From Eubacteriales bacterium (GTDB lineage: Bacteria; Bacillota; Clostridia; Oscillospirales; CAG-382): a DNA stretch of 64,000 nt. Below the pieces are notes generated by a model. The model saw only the letters and a list, made by a program, of their open reading frames with translations. It searched no databases and was not told where the DNA came from. This document shows positions 9,785 through 18,140 of this stretch, one piece after another. A program made the position numbers and the translations under genes. Each line of letters starts with the position of its first letter. Position 1 is the first letter of the stretch. The stretch spans positions 1,374 to 65,373 of the forward strand of contig JAZNZY010000003.1 in assembly GCA_045595165.1 (NCBI GenBank), in the 5' to 3' direction.

Positions 9785-9929
9785 TTGATTTAATATATAT
9801 TTATTGATACAACCGCCCTGTTTTTTCAATTTGCGTGTCTATGTACATATATGTTTATATAGACGGTGTATAATCAAGCAAATTGTCAAGAATATATACC
9901 TCTAATAAAATATATACATTGAGAGGTGT

Positions 9930-10139
9930 ATGGTAATGGTCAAAATTATTCTTGATAAAGCATTGAAAGACCGTGGTATGAGCAGATATCGCTTGGCTCA
10001 GCTTACGGGAACACAGTTTCAGGTTGTAGATAAATATTATAAAAACAAAGTAGTGCGTTACGATAGCTATTTGCTTGATAAGTTCTGTCAGGCGCTTAAT
10101 TGCGAAATAGGAGATATAATCGAATATATTCCCGAGTAA
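9930..10139 (+). CDS. Cro/C1-type HTH regulator (YozG-like)
   Basis: MSRYRLAQLTG..LDKFCQALNCEIGDIIEY pattern; GAGG RBS. Confidence 0.85.
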   Translation: MVMVKIILDKALKDRGMSRYRLAQLTGTQFQVVDKYYKNKVVRYDSYLLDKFCQALNCEIGDIIEYIPE

Positions 10140-10146
10140 AAAAGCA

Positions 10147-10171
10147 CGGCGCACCGTTTTGGTGCGCCGTA
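10147..10171. terminator. Intrinsic terminator between convergent genes
   Basis: ACGGCGCACC-GTTTT-GGTGCGCCGT. Confidence 0.75.
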
Positions 10172-10176
10172 TAATA

Positions 10177-10887
10177 TTATTTTAACGCTTCGTTTTGTAT
10201 TTCCATTATTTCCTTTAAGCCTTTTGTGCCCAAAGCAAGTAATTTGTTCAGCTCGTCTGCGGTAAAGGCTCTGCCTTCGCCCGTGCCCTGAATTTCTATA
10301 AACGCGCCGGTATCGTCCATTACAAGGTTCATATCCACCTCTGCGCTTGAATCTTCTTTGTAGCAAAGGTCCAGAAGGGGAGTATCTCCGTTTATACCTA
10401 CAGATACCGCCGCGATCTGATGCATCAAGGGATTTTTTGAAATTATACCCTGCTTAAGCCACTTTTTCACGCCAAGTGCAAGGGCAACGTATGCGCCGGT
10501 TATAGAAGCTGTGCGGGTGCCTCCGTCGGCTTGAATAACGTCGCAATCTATCCATATGGTCTTTTCGCCCAGGGCTTCAAAATCCACAGCCTGCCGCAAC
10601 GCTCTGCCTATAAGACGCTTGATTTCGGTACTGCGTCCGTCGGGCTTTAAGGTTTCTCTCTTTTTCCTTCCGCCGGTGGAGGAGGGGAGCATAGCGTATT
10701 CCGCCGTAAGCCAGCCTTTTCCCGTATCCTTTAAAAAGGGCATGGTGCCTTCCTCGATAAGCGCGGTGCATATAACACGGGTCTTTCCCCAGTTTATCAG
10801 TACGCTGCCGCCGGTTGTTTCGGTGAAGTTTACGGTTATATCAATATTTCTTAAGTTATCGGGCGTTCTTCCGTCAATACGATTCAT
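10177..10887 (-). CDS. rph: Ribonuclease PH
   Basis: RIDGR, GWLTAEYAMLP, RLIGRALR, ADGGTRTASITG, DSSAEVDMN, EIQGTGE. Confidence 0.97.
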   Translation of the reverse strand: MNRIDGRTPDNLRNIDITVNFTETTGGSVLINWGKTRVICTALIEEGTMPFLKDTGKGWLTAEYAMLPSSTGGRKKRETLKPDGRSTEIKRLIGRALRQAVDFEALGEKTIWIDCDVIQADGGTRTASITGAYVALALGVKKWLKQGIISKNPLMHQIAAVSVGINGDTPLLDLCYKEDSSAEVDMNLVMDDTGAFIEIQGTGEGRAFTADELNKLLALGTKGLKEIMEIQNEALK

Positions 10888-10917
10888 ATCAGCATCTCCT
10901 ATTGTTTTTATAAACGT

Positions 10918-10946
10918 ATTATATATAATACTATTTGAAAAGTCAA
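10918..10946 (-). promoter_or_regulatory. Sigma-A promoter of rph
   Basis: TTGACT-17 nt-TATAAT. Confidence 0.7.
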
Positions 10947-10971
10947 TCAAAATACATATACCGAGGTAAAT

Positions 10972-11379
10972 ATGTTTGGAAAATTATTAAGAGATTACCG
11001 TAAAAAACACAGAATAAGCCAAAAAGTTTTAGCCGTTATGAGCGGCGTTGACAGAAGCACTATTTCCCGAATCGAAAGAGGGACGGAGCAAACAGATAAT
11101 TGTGTTCAGGCAAAGCTTGTAAACGCGCTGCTGCGGAATACCCGCCATTTTCGCCCCGAAAACACCACGGGATACGAGCGGGGCGAACAGCTTGGTGTTT
11201 TGCTGGGTACACTTTCTCCCGAAATGGCGGATCGAGTATACAGAGATATTATAGAAAAACTCAAAGATTACGTGTCATTTCAGATAAATCTGGATATAGA
11301 AACCGTTTATCCCAAGGAAACAGTAACACGCCGCAAACGCAAGTATATGTATTATAAATTCGATTCTCCCATAGAATAA
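10972..11379 (+). CDS. XRE-family HTH protein
   Basis: LRDYRKKHRISQKVLA..GVDRSTISRIERG. Confidence 0.8.
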   Translation: MFGKLLRDYRKKHRISQKVLAVMSGVDRSTISRIERGTEQTDNCVQAKLVNALLRNTRHFRPENTTGYERGEQLGVLLGTLSPEMADRVYRDIIEKLKDYVSFQINLDIETVYPKETVTRRKRKYMYYKFDSPIE

Positions 11380-11383
11380 TCGT

Positions 11384-11410
11384 AAAAAAGCACTCGGAGG
11401 AGTGCTTTTT
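11384..11410. terminator. Bidirectional terminator
   Basis: AAAAAGCACTC-GGAG-GAGTGCTTTTT. Confidence 0.8.
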
Positions 11411-11416
11411 AAAATA

Positions 11417-11830
11417 CTATAATTTTCTGTTAAGCTTTTTGGTGGTCGCCTTTACGGAAAGATAAACTATAATCCATATTGTAAAATATCCTACCACAAA
11501 AATTGCCGTGAAAATAAGCACAGCCATCAGTTCAAAGGGTATCCATGTGTTGATGAGATAACATCCGACATATGCGATATAAATAGACGCGAAATGGCAA
11601 AGGAGCGATTTCGTAATCGGCCATTCCTCGATTTGGTTGAATACAGATGCTCCCGCCTGCACAAAAGCGAGAATATATGTTGATAATATGGCTATAAATA
11701 CCTGATATCCCGTAAGCGAAAAATCCGTTAACGTTTTTCCGAGAATGAGGAAAACAATCCCTGCGATTATAGGTCCGAATCCTCCGAAAGCGACACCGCG
11801 CTGTAAAAATCCTTTTAAATACTTGTTCAT
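11417..11830 (-). CDS. DUF3021-type membrane protein (putative inhibitor in a LytTR regulatory system)
   Basis: Four TM segments, IEEWPI..LLCHF motif, C-terminal KKLN; coupled to the LytTR gene. Confidence 0.8.
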   Translation of the reverse strand: MNKYLKGFLQRGVAFGGFGPIIAGIVFLILGKTLTDFSLTGYQVFIAILSTYILAFVQAGASVFNQIEEWPITKSLLCHFASIYIAYVGCYLINTWIPFELMAVLIFTAIFVVGYFTIWIIVYLSVKATTKKLNRKL

Positions 11831-12261
11831 TATATTCCTATCCTTTCTTTTACCGTTTTAAACTGTCTTCGGGAAACGTAATCTTTGTACCCGTTTTTGA
11901 ATATTATAAGCATACTGCCCGATACTGACACGTCAAATTTTTTGATCTGTTTGATATTTGCTATGCAGGATTGATTTATCTTAACAAAGTTTGCGGGCAG
12001 CTTTTCTTCGAGCTGATACAAACGAGGCTTGATGACAAGCTTTTCTTCTTTTGTAAGGGCATATACCTTGTTATCCTCGGTAATAAAACAATACACCTCT
12101 GCAAGGTCTATCTGCTTGTAGGAATAATCCGCATAACCCATCACGTTAAAATTATGCTCGTTCACCGCATCGCTTATGGTTTTGATCAACTCCGAGTTTT
12201 CGTGGGTGAAAATTATTATTTCTTCTTCTCTTGTTTTATCAATATTAATGGTCAGCTTCAA
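11830..12261 (-). CDS. Stand-alone LytTR DNA-binding regulator
   Basis: RLYQLEEKLP..FVKINQSCIAN, YVSRR; TTG start after AAAGGAGG; no receiver domain. Confidence 0.88.
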   Translation of the reverse strand: MKLTINIDKTREEEIIIFTHENSELIKTISDAVNEHNFNVMGYADYSYKQIDLAEVYCFITEDNKVYALTKEEKLVIKPRLYQLEEKLPANFVKINQSCIANIKQIKKFDVSVSGSMLIIFKNGYKDYVSRRQFKTVKERIGI

Positions 12262-12322
12262 AGCACGTCCTCCTTTCAAAAAATAATATACACCGTTTTT
12301 CCGCCGTTTTCAACTGTTTTGA

Positions 12323-12352
12323 GTATTCGGCGTTTTTTTCTCCGTATTCGGC
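12323..12352 (-). promoter_or_regulatory. LytTR-type direct-repeat operator
   Basis: GTATTCGGC-12 nt-GTATTCGGC perfect 9-bp repeat upstream of the LytTR gene. Confidence 0.75.
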
Positions 12353-12375
12353 AAAAAACACACTCTAAAGCAATG

Positions 12376-12401
12376 AAACCACCGGCTTAACCGGTGGTTT
12401 T
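12376..12401 (-). terminator. Intrinsic terminator ending the 12405-17658 gene run
   Basis: AAACCACCGG-CTTAA-CCGGTGGTTT. Confidence 0.7.
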
Positions 12402-12404
12402 GTC

Positions 12405-13232
12405 TCACTTTTTTATTCGCTTGAATTCTGCGGAAGGACGGGTACGAGTGAATCCGCACGACTTTGCAACAGCTTCCGATTCCGGAGTTATGGCATATCC
12501 GTAATGGGGGTATAGACCGTTTTTCAGCAGGTCGTAAGAAAAATGCAAGGTCAACAGCTTGCCGTAGCTTTTGCCACGATAAGCAGGAGCCACGTAAACC
12601 CAGCCGATATCATAATAATTACGAAATCCGCATTCTCCACGCAGGAAACCGATAATTTTATCTCCATCCTTTAAAAGATAGAGTCGGGTATCAAAAAAGC
12701 AATCGCAACTGTCAAACAGCTCTACGTTGCGAAGCTCCTCTTCCAATGCGTTCAAAACGGATATGTCTGCTGCCGCTGCCTTTCTGTCCTCTTCCGTGGC
12801 AAGGGAAACAATCACTTCTTGAGAGAGCGTAATTGGTGTCAGGTCATCGGGCGAAAGCAACCCGTAAATAGGCGCGCCTCTTTCCGATGAAACGAAAGAG
12901 AGCCTTTCAACTACATAAGGATGAACGAAGAACTCCTCGTATGTTGCGCTTACGTCGATCTCTTTTGCTGTCAAAGAGAAAATGAAGTCCGCGGCATCAT
13001 TCCAAAACTTTTCTTCCGGTGAATTGACGTTTATTACCAAAGAATCGTCCCAATAGGTTTTCACACAAACAAACGAATAAAGGCGTGGGAAACCATCCTC
13101 GGTGAAATATGCAATTTCTTTGATTTTATATCCGTCCCTGCCTGCCATCTCGGTATCGTAGCAGTAGTAAAAATAGCGATCTATATCCTGTGCAAACAGC
13201 GCAAGCATTTCCTCGTTGGATATCTTCTTCAT
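12405..13232 (-). CDS. GNAT family N-acetyltransferase
   Basis: VYVAPAYRGKSYGK acetyl-CoA motif, AKSCGF. Confidence 0.8.
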   Translation of the reverse strand: MKKISNEEMLALFAQDIDRYFYYCYDTEMAGRDGYKIKEIAYFTEDGFPRLYSFVCVKTYWDDSLVINVNSPEEKFWNDAADFIFSLTAKEIDVSATYEEFFVHPYVVERLSFVSSERGAPIYGLLSPDDLTPITLSQEVIVSLATEEDRKAAAADISVLNALEEELRNVELFDSCDCFFDTRLYLLKDGDKIIGFLRGECGFRNYYDIGWVYVAPAYRGKSYGKLLTLHFSYDLLKNGLYPHYGYAITPESEAVAKSCGFTRTRPSAEFKRIKK

Positions 13233-13244
13233 ATGTTCAGCCTT

Positions 13245-13898
13245 TTACAGTGTTTTCATCCAGTCTTCGATAATGGGAGTAATAATATTATATCCCGAAG
13301 AGTTGGGGTGGATATGGTCGGGCAGGTTGTCCGTAAGATGAGTTTTAAGCTTGTTTTTGTTTAAGTCCTCATCAAAAAACAGATCCAGATAAGGTATGCC
13401 CCATTTATCGCATATCTTTTTGGAAAGAGCAAAATATTCGCTCATGTCCGACATTCTTCCGAATTCAGCAGCAGGCATGGTAAAGGTAACGATAAACCCG
13501 AAGGTAGCGTCGGTGAAATTATCCTTTGCATATTTTATGGTGTTTTCAAAACCTCCCGCAAAGGTGGTAGTATCGAAAGGACCTTCAAATCCCTCTGTAA
13601 TTTCGCCTACGGGCGCACTTTCCCAAGCGTCGTTTCCGCCGCCTTCAAGGATCAGATAATCGTATTCGTTGCCCGTCATATCGATAAGCTGGTTTATAAC
13701 GGTATTTTCACCGCGGCAATCGGAAAGGGATGCGCCGCCCAGACTTCTGTTAAGCCCGCCCATCTCGTTTGCCTTCATAATTCTGCCTGCCCAGCCTACT
13801 TTATCGCCGTAATCGGCGGTATTTTTCTCGCAATAAGCCTCGCAAAGAGAATCTCCCACAAATAAAACACTTTTTCCATATAAAGGATTATTTTTCAT
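13245..13898 (-). CDS. SGNH/GDSL hydrolase
   Basis: GDSL, GG.ND, DHIHPN. Confidence 0.85.
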   Translation of the reverse strand: MKNNPLYGKSVLFVGDSLCEAYCEKNTADYGDKVGWAGRIMKANEMGGLNRSLGGASLSDCRGENTVINQLIDMTGNEYDYLILEGGGNDAWESAPVGEITEGFEGPFDTTTFAGGFENTIKYAKDNFTDATFGFIVTFTMPAAEFGRMSDMSEYFALSKKICDKWGIPYLDLFFDEDLNKNKLKTHLTDNLPDHIHPNSSGYNIITPIIEDWMKTL

Positions 13899-14452
13899 TC
13901 CGTTTCCTTCTTTCCGTAAATGTTTTCAAAATCTTTTTTGCCTAAATTCCACAGTTTTTTGCATATAAAGAACACGCCTGTAAGGAACACTGCGGTTATG
14001 GCAAGGTAAATAATCGCATACACCGCGCTGTCAATTACGTTTAACGGGCCGAAGGTGTATTTATCCACCCAAGCTCCGTAGATCAGGTTGTACCATTCGC
14101 TGGATACTTTGTCCAGATACCTTCTGAAGAACAGCACACAGCCCAGAAATCTTACGATCTCACCGATAATAACCAGACTCACCGTCTTTTTTACCCACAT
14201 ATTTTTATCTTCGCTTCTGTGGTAAAGGGCGGGGAATTTTATAAATAGGAATACGGATGTAACACCCCAGCTTATAACGAGGTGAAGTGCCGTCATAATC
14301 AGCAATGCAAGCACGTATACGGCGATATTGGTAAGGGCGTTTTTGAAAATTGCGTTTACTATCCAATAACTCAGGTTTGAGGATATTAGCATGGCAATAA
14401 ACGCTACCACCGCGTATATCGCCTTCATGTCCATAGATACTCTTTTTTCCAT
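13895..14452 (-). CDS. Hypothetical membrane protein
   Basis: About 4 TM segments; GGAGG RBS. Confidence 0.7.
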   Translation of the reverse strand: MEKRVSMDMKAIYAVVAFIAMLISSNLSYWIVNAIFKNALTNIAVYVLALLIMTALHLVISWGVTSVFLFIKFPALYHRSEDKNMWVKKTVSLVIIGEIVRFLGCVLFFRRYLDKVSSEWYNLIYGAWVDKYTFGPLNVIDSAVYAIIYLAITAVFLTGVFFICKKLWNLGKKDFENIYGKKETE

Positions 14453-14462
14453 ATAAAACCTC

Positions 14463-15356
14463 CTACAGTATCAAAGAAAGCCACAGGGGCAGGGTTACCA
14501 GAGAAAGTATGTGGGATATAAGTGCAAGCCGCGCGCCGGGCTTGCAATCCTCGCCCACAAGCTTGGGGAACACGATCGTGTTCAGTCCGCAGGGCATAAC
14601 GGTGATTATGAGTATAAAGGGGAGCAAAGCATCAAGCCCAAAGAGAGTGCATACCCCGTATGCGATTGCAGGGAACAATATAAGCCGCAGACCGCAGAAA
14701 ATATATGCTTGCTTGTTTATAAAAAGCTCCTTTAACGAGAAAGCGGCAAGGGTAATACCCGTAAGCAGCATGCTCAAAGGTCCCACGCAGGCAGATGCCA
14801 TAGACGTTACGGATGAGATTACATCGGGTATTTTTACAGATGTCATTCCGCATATCATACCAAGGACAATAGCGATCGTTATGGGGTTGATAAGCCGTTT
14901 TACGGGGTTCTTTCCTCCCGTGAGCATTGCGTAGCCCGCGGTGTAGGTGTAGATAATAAAGGGAATGGCAAAAAAGATAAAGTTGGAAAGCATCTCTTCG
15001 CCGAACACTCCCTCGATCAGAGCGTAGCCAAGGTATGCGTAGTTGGATATGGCAAAGGAATATCGGTATACCTTGCGTTCATAAGGGTGCTTTGTAATCA
15101 GCTTTGATGCAAAGTAAGCGGCAATAACCAAAATCAGCAGAAGTACTGCGGATACGGGTAAAAATATGTATTTTTCTTTAAAATCCGCAACCGTAAAATT
15201 GTTTGCAAAGGTGTTGAATATCTTGCAGGGCAGTAAAAGGTTTACAATAAGAACGGATAAAATATCCCCGCTTACCGCCTTTTTCCGCTTTCCTATAACC
15301 CATCCCGCAAACAAAAATATATACAGTATAAAAAGCTGCTTGAATACAAGAAACAT
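14463..15356 (-). CDS. AEC (auxin efflux carrier) family transporter
   Basis: Multi-TM; SNYAYLGY, NPITIA, PLSMLLTG, MPCG motifs. Confidence 0.85.
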   Translation of the reverse strand: MFLVFKQLFILYIFLFAGWVIGKRKKAVSGDILSVLIVNLLLPCKIFNTFANNFTVADFKEKYIFLPVSAVLLLILVIAAYFASKLITKHPYERKVYRYSFAISNYAYLGYALIEGVFGEEMLSNFIFFAIPFIIYTYTAGYAMLTGGKNPVKRLINPITIAIVLGMICGMTSVKIPDVISSVTSMASACVGPLSMLLTGITLAAFSLKELFINKQAYIFCGLRLILFPAIAYGVCTLFGLDALLPFILIITVMPCGLNTIVFPKLVGEDCKPGARLALISHILSLVTLPLWLSLIL

Positions 15357-15398
15357 CTGCGTATCTCTCCTTGGGGTTTTCCGTTATTACCTAATCCC

Positions 15399-15794
15399 CT
15401 ATTCGTTTGAATCAATATACTCCTGCAACGCCGTAATGTGAGCTTCGATATTGCCCGGGGGTTCGGGTATCAGCCAATCGTCGATACCCAGAATATCGTA
15501 ACAGCAGCACACGAAGAACGCGGCGTTCAGTGAATTCAAAGGCGTTTCCAAAGTGTAGGAAAGAATATAAGGCACACCCTCTTTTCCAAACTCCGCAAGA
15601 GCATTGTATTCTTCGGGATATTGCTCGGTATACAGCGTGGGATCGGATAAATTCGTTACCATTATATGAAACGCCGTGTATTCGGCACTTACGTCGATTT
15701 TTTCCATAGTTTTATATATTTTCGCCTTTTGTCCCGTGCAGGAAGCAAGCGTAATGCAAAGCAGAATGGCGAGGAAAAAAGCTGTTTTTTTCAT
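15399..15794 (-). CDS. Hypothetical lipoprotein
   Basis: MKKTAFF..LASC lipobox. Confidence 0.7.
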   Translation of the reverse strand: MKKTAFFLAILLCITLASCTGQKAKIYKTMEKIDVSAEYTAFHIMVTNLSDPTLYTEQYPEEYNALAEFGKEGVPYILSYTLETPLNSLNAAFFVCCCYDILGIDDWLIPEPPGNIEAHITALQEYIDSNE

Positions 15795-15826
15795 AAGTAA
15801 TTCTTTACCTCTCAAAGAGTTGAAAT

Positions 15827-16282
15827 TTAAGACTGCGTTGTTTTTTTGAGTATTGTTTCTATAATTTCGGTTTCCGCTTCTTTTCCGTAAGCGTAAAGCG
15901 TAACAGTCACTTTTGAGCCGTCTTTTAGAGTCAAGGCGTGAAAAAAGCAATCGCCGGTATAAATTACGTCGCCTTTGCGAAATGTACTTTTTACGGATAT
16001 GACTTCTTCAAACCGAATAACCGTTTTTCGTAAAAGTCTTTCTCCGTTTTTTTCAGCACCTCTCGGAAAAATGATTTTTTCGGAATCCATCACCAAATAT
16101 CTGCTTTTTTCTGCAAGAAAAGCGGCAAGAAAGATTACACTTGTCATACCGCCGAGCAGCGCAAATCCAAATCCGACAGAAAAATCAACAAATGCCAATA
16201 TTACTCCGACTGCCGAAATCACGGCACAAGACAAAGTAACGATTGCCAACGGTTTTGTAGCACGGGATGTGTATTTTTTCAT
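15827..16282 (-). CDS. Hypothetical membrane protein (2 TM plus PH-like beta domain)
   Basis: AAGGAG RBS; hydrophobic N-terminus. Confidence 0.65.
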   Translation of the reverse strand: MKKYTSRATKPLAIVTLSCAVISAVGVILAFVDFSVGFGFALLGGMTSVIFLAAFLAEKSRYLVMDSEKIIFPRGAEKNGERLLRKTVIRFEEVISVKSTFRKGDVIYTGDCFFHALTLKDGSKVTVTLYAYGKEAETEIIETILKKTTQS

Positions 16283-16303
16283 AAGCACTCCTTTTTTGCT
16301 CTG

Positions 16304-16828
16304 TTATTCTTTTTTCGGTAACGTATGTACGAAAGATAAAAGCTTGATTAAATTTTGAATCGACTTGGGATTTCTTGCTTGATCTCTGTAATGAAACGAA
16401 ATCAAATCGTAAATATCCGTTAAGCCATCCGGATACAAAGTACTGAATTTTTTGATAAAGTCGGGGGCTCCGATCAGAATCCCGATTCCGGATTCAAGCC
16501 CTTCTTCAATTACAATAACCCAATCAAATTTATCGGATGTGATAAAAGATACCGAATAAAGATTCAAGTTTATATATTCCTCGTAGGACATTGGCAGGTC
16601 AAACCGAAACGTTTCACCGGAATCGTTTTGCGCAATATAAAGAGCCTTGTAAGAAGAAGTAATATCCATCAATGCGTCAAACTGCTTTTTGTTCAGCCAA
16701 AGGTCGTCTGTGTTATACAGCAGGGCGGTCGGAATATCGGAGGGGATGTTTAAATCCAATATTGAATCATTGATCTTGCTTTCGCCCAAAAAGAGTTTTA
16801 ATTTCTCAACAAGGTCTTGCTTTGTCAT
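16304..16828 (-). CDS. Hypothetical protein (possibly toxin-immunity-like)
   Basis: Start MTKQDL after the repeated RBS; function inferred only. Confidence 0.6.
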   Translation of the reverse strand: MTKQDLVEKLKLFLGESKINDSILDLNIPSDIPTALLYNTDDLWLNKKQFDALMDITSSYKALYIAQNDSGETFRFDLPMSYEEYINLNLYSVSFITSDKFDWVIVIEEGLESGIGILIGAPDFIKKFSTLYPDGLTDIYDLISFHYRDQARNPKSIQNLIKLLSFVHTLPKKE

Positions 16829-16847
16829 TCGTATCACCGCCTTTCGT
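16829..16847. repeat. 19-bp direct repeat, copy A
   Basis: TCGTATCACCGCCTTTCGT, identical to 17658-17676. Confidence 0.9.
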
Positions 16848-17658
16848 ATATTTGTGTACAGTAATTTTGGCAGAAATCCTTCACAACAGATTTTATGGAA
16901 CCGTCTATTCGCATATCGCAAAAGCGTTTTATATGTTCGGGAATTTCTTTATAATATGCTTCTGCAATTCCGCCGGCGATACAAGCCTGCGTATCTGCAT
17001 CACCGCCGAGAGAAACGGCATTTCTGATGGCGCTTTCATAATCTGTTGATTCCAGAAACGCAATTATGGCCGGAGGAACGCTGTATGATGTACGGCTGTC
17101 GAACACGTGAGTTTCTTTTATAGCGGAAAGGGGAACAGACAGCTTGAATTTGAATGTTTTTTCCAAATATGTCTTTATGTTTTCTTTGCTCTCTCCGTTT
17201 CGTGCCAAAAAGACTGCAGCGGCAACAGCTTGTGCGCCTTTTATTGCCTCTTTGTGGTTGTGCGTGGAAATACAACTCGCTTTTGCTTGCAAAAGTGTCT
17301 GTTCCAAAGTATTGTAGGCATATCCGATAGGGATCACACGCATGGATGCACCGTTGGCATAGCTGTGCCCGTTTTTTGAATACGGGTCTTTCGCCCAAGC
17401 GGTGAACATATTGCCGAATCCGGCATGGGGATGATACGAATAATATCGGCGGTATTGAGCGGCGTATTCTCTTGAACGGGCGCGGATACTCCATTTGGAT
17501 ATATCGTTTGGAGCAGTAATTATTGCTTTACATACCGCCGCAATCAAAACGCTGTCATCGGTAAAGAAACTGTCTTTATTGAATTCAAAATTATAATCCT
17601 TTGTACAATGCACTTCATAGTACGAGCCGATTACATCTCCGTATATTGCGCCAAACAT
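16834..17658 (-). CDS. ADP-ribosylglycohydrolase (ARH/DraG family)
   Basis: GAIYGDVIGS, FTDDS, SYANGASMR, STH, LGGDADT. Confidence 0.92.
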   Translation of the reverse strand: MFGAIYGDVIGSYYEVHCTKDYNFEFNKDSFFTDDSVLIAAVCKAIITAPNDISKWSIRARSREYAAQYRRYYSYHPHAGFGNMFTAWAKDPYSKNGHSYANGASMRVIPIGYAYNTLEQTLLQAKASCISTHNHKEAIKGAQAVAAAVFLARNGESKENIKTYLEKTFKFKLSVPLSAIKETHVFDSRTSYSVPPAIIAFLESTDYESAIRNAVSLGGDADTQACIAGGIAEAYYKEIPEHIKRFCDMRIDGSIKSVVKDFCQNYCTQIYERR

Positions 17659-17676
17659 CGTATCACCGCCTTTCGT
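17658..17676. repeat. 19-bp direct repeat, copy B
   Basis: TCGTATCACCGCCTTTCGT, identical to 16829-16847. Confidence 0.9.
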
Positions 17677-17682
17677 GTTTTT

Positions 17683-17711
17683 ATCATATCACAATTTCTT
17701 AAATAAATCAA
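17683..17711 (-). promoter_or_regulatory. Sigma-A-like promoter heading the minus-strand gene run
   Basis: TTGATT-17 nt-TATGAT with extended TG. Confidence 0.6.
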
Positions 17712-17723
17712 GGCGCAAGACTT

Positions 17724-17899
17724 GTATATCATCCGCAACTTGTTGCGGTATGGAATTGGCACGAAGTGCCGTATGGAATCATCACGAAGTGATGTATGGC
17801 ATCAATCCGAAGGTGGATACACGCTGACGCGTGATGCCATACGCCTGCGGCGATTCCATACACCCTGCGGGTGATTACATACCAATCCTTCGGATTGGA
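17724..17899. repeat. Nested inverted-repeat and hairpin ladder element
   Basis: GTATGG(A/C)AT(C/T) at 17748, 17771, 17794; inverse GAT(G/T)(C/A)CATAC at 17833, 17852, 17873; units separated by short hairpins. Confidence 0.85.
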
Positions 17900-17900
17900 T

Positions 17901-17936
17901 AGCAAAAAGCACTTGCGAAAGCAAGTGCTTTTTGCT
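17901..17936 (-). terminator. tRNA terminator
   Basis: AGCAAAAAGCACTTGC-GAAA-GCAAGTGCTTTTTGCT perfect stem. Confidence 0.85.
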
Positions 17937-18011
17937 GGCAGGGATAGCTGGATTCGAACCAGCGAGATGACGGAGTCAAAGTCCGTTGCCTTACCGCTTG
18001 GCTATATCCCT
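17936..18011 (-). tRNA. tRNA-Gln (UUG), CCA encoded
   Basis: Cloverleaf AGGGATA..GCCAAGCGGTAAGGC..ACGGA-CTTTGAC-TCCGT..GCTGGTTCGAATCCAGC-TATCCCT-G-CCA. Confidence 0.97.
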
Positions 18012-18029
18012 ATATTAAATTGCCAAATG

Positions 18030-18058
18030 ATTATATAACAAATAACTCTTTTTGTCAA
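18030..18058 (-). promoter_or_regulatory. Consensus sigma-A promoter of the tRNA
   Basis: TTGACA-17 nt-TATAAT. Confidence 0.85.
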
Positions 18059-18140
18059 GAGAAATAAAAGCAAGAGTTTTGTTGATTTTATTAGCATTAT
18101 ATGTTAAAATGCTTATATTAAAGTGCGCGAGGTAGTAAAT

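Noticed and set aside
9837-9864. Imperfect palindrome upstream of the small HTH gene
   Set aside because: AT-rich with mismatches; could be an operator but cannot be distinguished from chance.
17724-17899. Possible CRISPR array
   Set aside because: Repeats are only 10 nt, spacers are 9-14 nt self-complementary hairpins, orientation inverts midway, and no cas genes are present.
17936-17980. tRNA 3'-end duplication (attL/attR) marking an integrated island
   Set aside because: I found no second copy of the tRNA 3' end and no integrase in the window.
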